From: Eledone cirrhosa
Taxonomy: Eukaryota
DNA length: 64,000 nucleotides
Assembly (NCBI GenBank): GCA_964016885.1
Contig: OZ024741.1
Coordinates: 160,828,001-160,892,000 of the forward strand
Direction: 5' to 3'
The notes beneath the pieces are model-generated. The model had not been told where the DNA came from, ran no database searches, and saw only the letters and a program-made list of their open reading frames with translations. A program made the translations under genes and the position numbers. Of the stretch, positions 61,065 through 64,000 are shown in pieces. Numbering within the stretch: position 1 is the first letter of the stretch; each line of letters opens with the position of its first letter.

Positions 61065-63533
61065 CTCGCTTTTGCAATCCTGAGATCTATTTCAGCGTCG
61101 AGGACACCATCTCAACTATGTAGATTTCCAAGATACACAAAGCTGCCTATCACCTCAAGTCCTTTTCCTCACAAAAATATCTGGCTCCAGATACACTTCC
61201 CTAACTGGTGGAGAGTACATGACCTTTGTCTTTTTATACTAATTTAGCCCAAATGCAGTGCATGCATTGGAGAAGGTGTTCAATATCAAATGCGTGTCCT
61301 CTACAGTGTGTGCCACAAAATCTGCATACAACTCTAACAAGAGTGCCAAATATTTTAGACTTGGTGCTAAAGTGTCTTAGATTAAAGACTTTGCCACAGG
61401 TTCTAATTTGCAAGAATACACCGATTTTGAAGTATTGGAAGGTATATGTCAGCTGCACGGCAAAGTAGATTGAGAACAGAGTGGGTGCTGGTATATTGTC
61501 TTGCTTGAGACTTTTCCACTTAAATTGGCTCTGAAAGTGTCCCATTGAATTTCGCTTTTCTTTCATTGGTTGTTCCAATATGATGCACAATGCAATATGA
61601 TTAACAGTATTGAAGACTTTGGTAAGGTTCACAATTACTTGGTACAGTGGCACTTGCTGCTCAGCACACTTCTTCATAAGCTGACAGATTAAGAAAATCA
61701 TGTCCATAGTACCCCACTCAGTTCTGAATCCACACTGCGTTTCAGGGATGGGACCAAGGCAGATTCATTTTATTAGATGATTCAGCAAGACTTTGGATAA
61801 GATTTGAGCAGCTTATACCATGATAATCACCACATTCAGACTTGGAGCCCTTGTCCTTGTAAACCAACAAGAAAATTGCATCTACCCAGTCTTGCAAGAG
61901 AGGCTTCCCATGCCATCCAGATAAAATTAGCCTATGAATGGCCATAACAACATTGTCTCCCCAAAGCAAATCAGCTCAACAGGTACACCATCCGAACTTG
62001 GAGCTTTCTCTATCTTTATCTCTTTGATAGTTGACCTTATCTTATCAATGGTTGGATCATCAATCCCTGTTAGTCTCCTTTTGTGACACTCCATTAATAA
62101 TTTCTTCATCAATTACAGATGGGTTATCAAACAGATCTTTGAAGTGTTCAGTCCACTGACTCATGATTCTTCCTGGATCTTTGATGAGGACGTTCCCATC
62201 TTTTGACATTAATGATGACATTTTGGAGGGCTGTGAGCCTAAAACTTGCCTTATTGTGCTGTATAATGCCTTCAAGTCTCTGTAGATATAAGCTCTTTGC
62301 ATCTCTGCTGAAACTTCAGACCATCAGTTATTCTTCATCTTTTGTGATTAACTTTGCAGTTTTGACTTTGCTTCTTTGAAGGCCTTCTCAAATGTGGTCT
62401 TCACTGGACCCTCTGCAACAAGACGTTTCTCATACAGCTTGTTCTTCTCTTCAATGAGTATGATGATTGCAACATCATTATCATCAAACCAGTATCTGTG
62501 TTTTGTTTTCTTAAGACCAAGTACATCAGCCCCAGCATTGTTAACCTATTTTAAACTGTTCCAAGTTCCATCAAAGACAATGTTATCAAGTGCATTTTGA
62601 AGAGCATCTCACATTCTTAAACCTTGCCATTCGGACACATCTATACATTTTGCACTTGTACCTCTGCTGCCCTCACTTTTCTTCTGATCTGCACCTTCAT
62701 CTTGCCACATACAATTTGTGGTCTGTACCACATTTTGCACCACACATTACTCTTACAGAGCAGATATTCTGGAAGTCTCTCTTTTTGGTGATGATATAAT
62801 CTAAGATGTATCCATGTTTAGCACTTGGGTGTATCCATGTTGCCTTGTGGGTCTCATTTTTCTGAAAAAAAGTAATGTACATGGCTAGCTCAAGCTCAGT
62901 GCAAAATTACAAAAGGTGAATACCATTGGCATTCATCTTGCCCATACTGTGATGTCCTAAAACACTCCAGACATGGTCGTCACATGTGCATTGGTATCTT
63001 CAAGAAGCAGGATCTTGTCCGAATGCAGAATCGATGTTTTACACCCTTGTAAATCTTGGTAAAAAGCCATGATTTATTCCTGGCTACTATCCAGGGTAGA
63101 GGCATAAATTGAAATGATAATCATGAAATGTCCCCTTGAAAGAGGAACTTTTTGGTGTATAATTTGATCACAAATGCCTTGTGATTGCTCCAGTCACCTT
63201 CTGACCTCTGTCCAGACAATGAAACCTAATCCTCCTTTCCTTTTTTTCACCATTTGGTTTCCCTTTCCAGAAGAACGTTTGGCTGGCACTCCTTTCTGAT
63301 AGATGATCTTCACTACTAAGATGGATTTCAGAGAGTGCAGCTATATCAATATTATACCTGCTCAATTCTCTGCCAACAATAGCAGTTCTGCATTCTGGAT
63401 TTGTGGATGATTCCCTGTCAAGAAGTGTTTTAATATTCCATGTAGCAACATTCAATGCAATTCTATTCTTTTGAAAATTACTATTCTTGTTTTTCCTGCC
63501 AGTATGTCTCAGAACAGACAATGTTTGGGTCAC
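61065..63533 (-). mobile_element. Degenerate RTE (BovB-type) LINE with APE endonuclease and RT remnants, 3' end missing
   Basis: LNVATWNIKTLLD..RTAIVGRELSRYNIDIAALSE..FFWKG, ATWIHPSAKHGYILDYII..CGTDH, KAPSSDGVPVEL, YKDKGSKSECGDYHGIS, KQDNIPAPTLFSIYF and LDAEIDLRIAKA; many stops. Confidence 0.9.
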
Positions 63534-63709
63534 CTTTTCTAGACATCTTCCAAGATTTGAGTGAGCAGTGTTCTCCCTTGAAAGGGCTTCTCATTCACAA
63601 AACACTCCATCGAAACCAGTTATTACGAAGATTGGCAATGATGTTAGGTAAGCCTTAAGCTGCCTGTGTGTAGATTAGCAACAGCATACCCCTAATTACT
63701 TAGTTCTGT

Positions 63710-63900
63710 AGAAATGAGTTGCAATGTCACTTGTGCCAAGCTGTATCAGCCATTGCCTTTCCTTTGGACAACATCAGTGGCATGGAGAAAAGGACTGATG
63801 TATGTGGATGACTGCTGGTCTTCCACAAAAACACATCGGTTGGACTTGTTCCTTGGAGAGAACTTTCTAGGTGTAAATCCTTTCTGTCATATTGCTGCTG
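63710..63900 (+). repeat. Dispersed SINE-like repeat shared with 24755-24940
   Basis: AAATGAGTTGCAATG.C.CT.GTGCCAAG.TGTATC...GACTGCTGGTCTTCCA...GGAGA.GAACTTTCTA occurs at both loci. Confidence 0.7.
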
Positions 63901-64000
63901 CATGCTACTGGTAACATGTAACCCAGTACAACCTGTCACATGTATATATATATATATATTATTATTAAAAGATCAGAGGCCATAATCTGTTGTTTCAGGT

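Overview
AT-rich, repeat-dense animal genomic DNA. The SINE/LINE repertoire resembles an octopod cephalopod, but that is an inference. Two convergent spliced genes were rebuilt exon by exon, with GT-AG sites and phases checked. The first is a class A Hsp40 (DNAJA1/DNAJA4-like, + strand, 5 coding exons, 10667-24165, 403 aa, C-terminal CaaX 'CATH'). The second is eIF2D/ligatin (- strand, 16 coding exons, 58109-32107, 580 aa). The rest is mobile DNA: tRNA-derived SINEs, TTAA-target MITEs, a decayed piggyBac, two non-autonomous Helitrons, Tc1/mariner and THAP/transposase remnants and several RTE LINEs. The most notable observations are an RTE copy with a twin-priming-type 5' inversion, an apparently intact minimal hammerhead ribozyme at 157-222 with three degenerate relatives, long hairpins clustered in the first-intron regions of both genes, and TTAA MITEs repeatedly abutting splice sites. 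No clearly novel protein-coding system is visible. All calls come from reading the sequence by eye; no searches were run.
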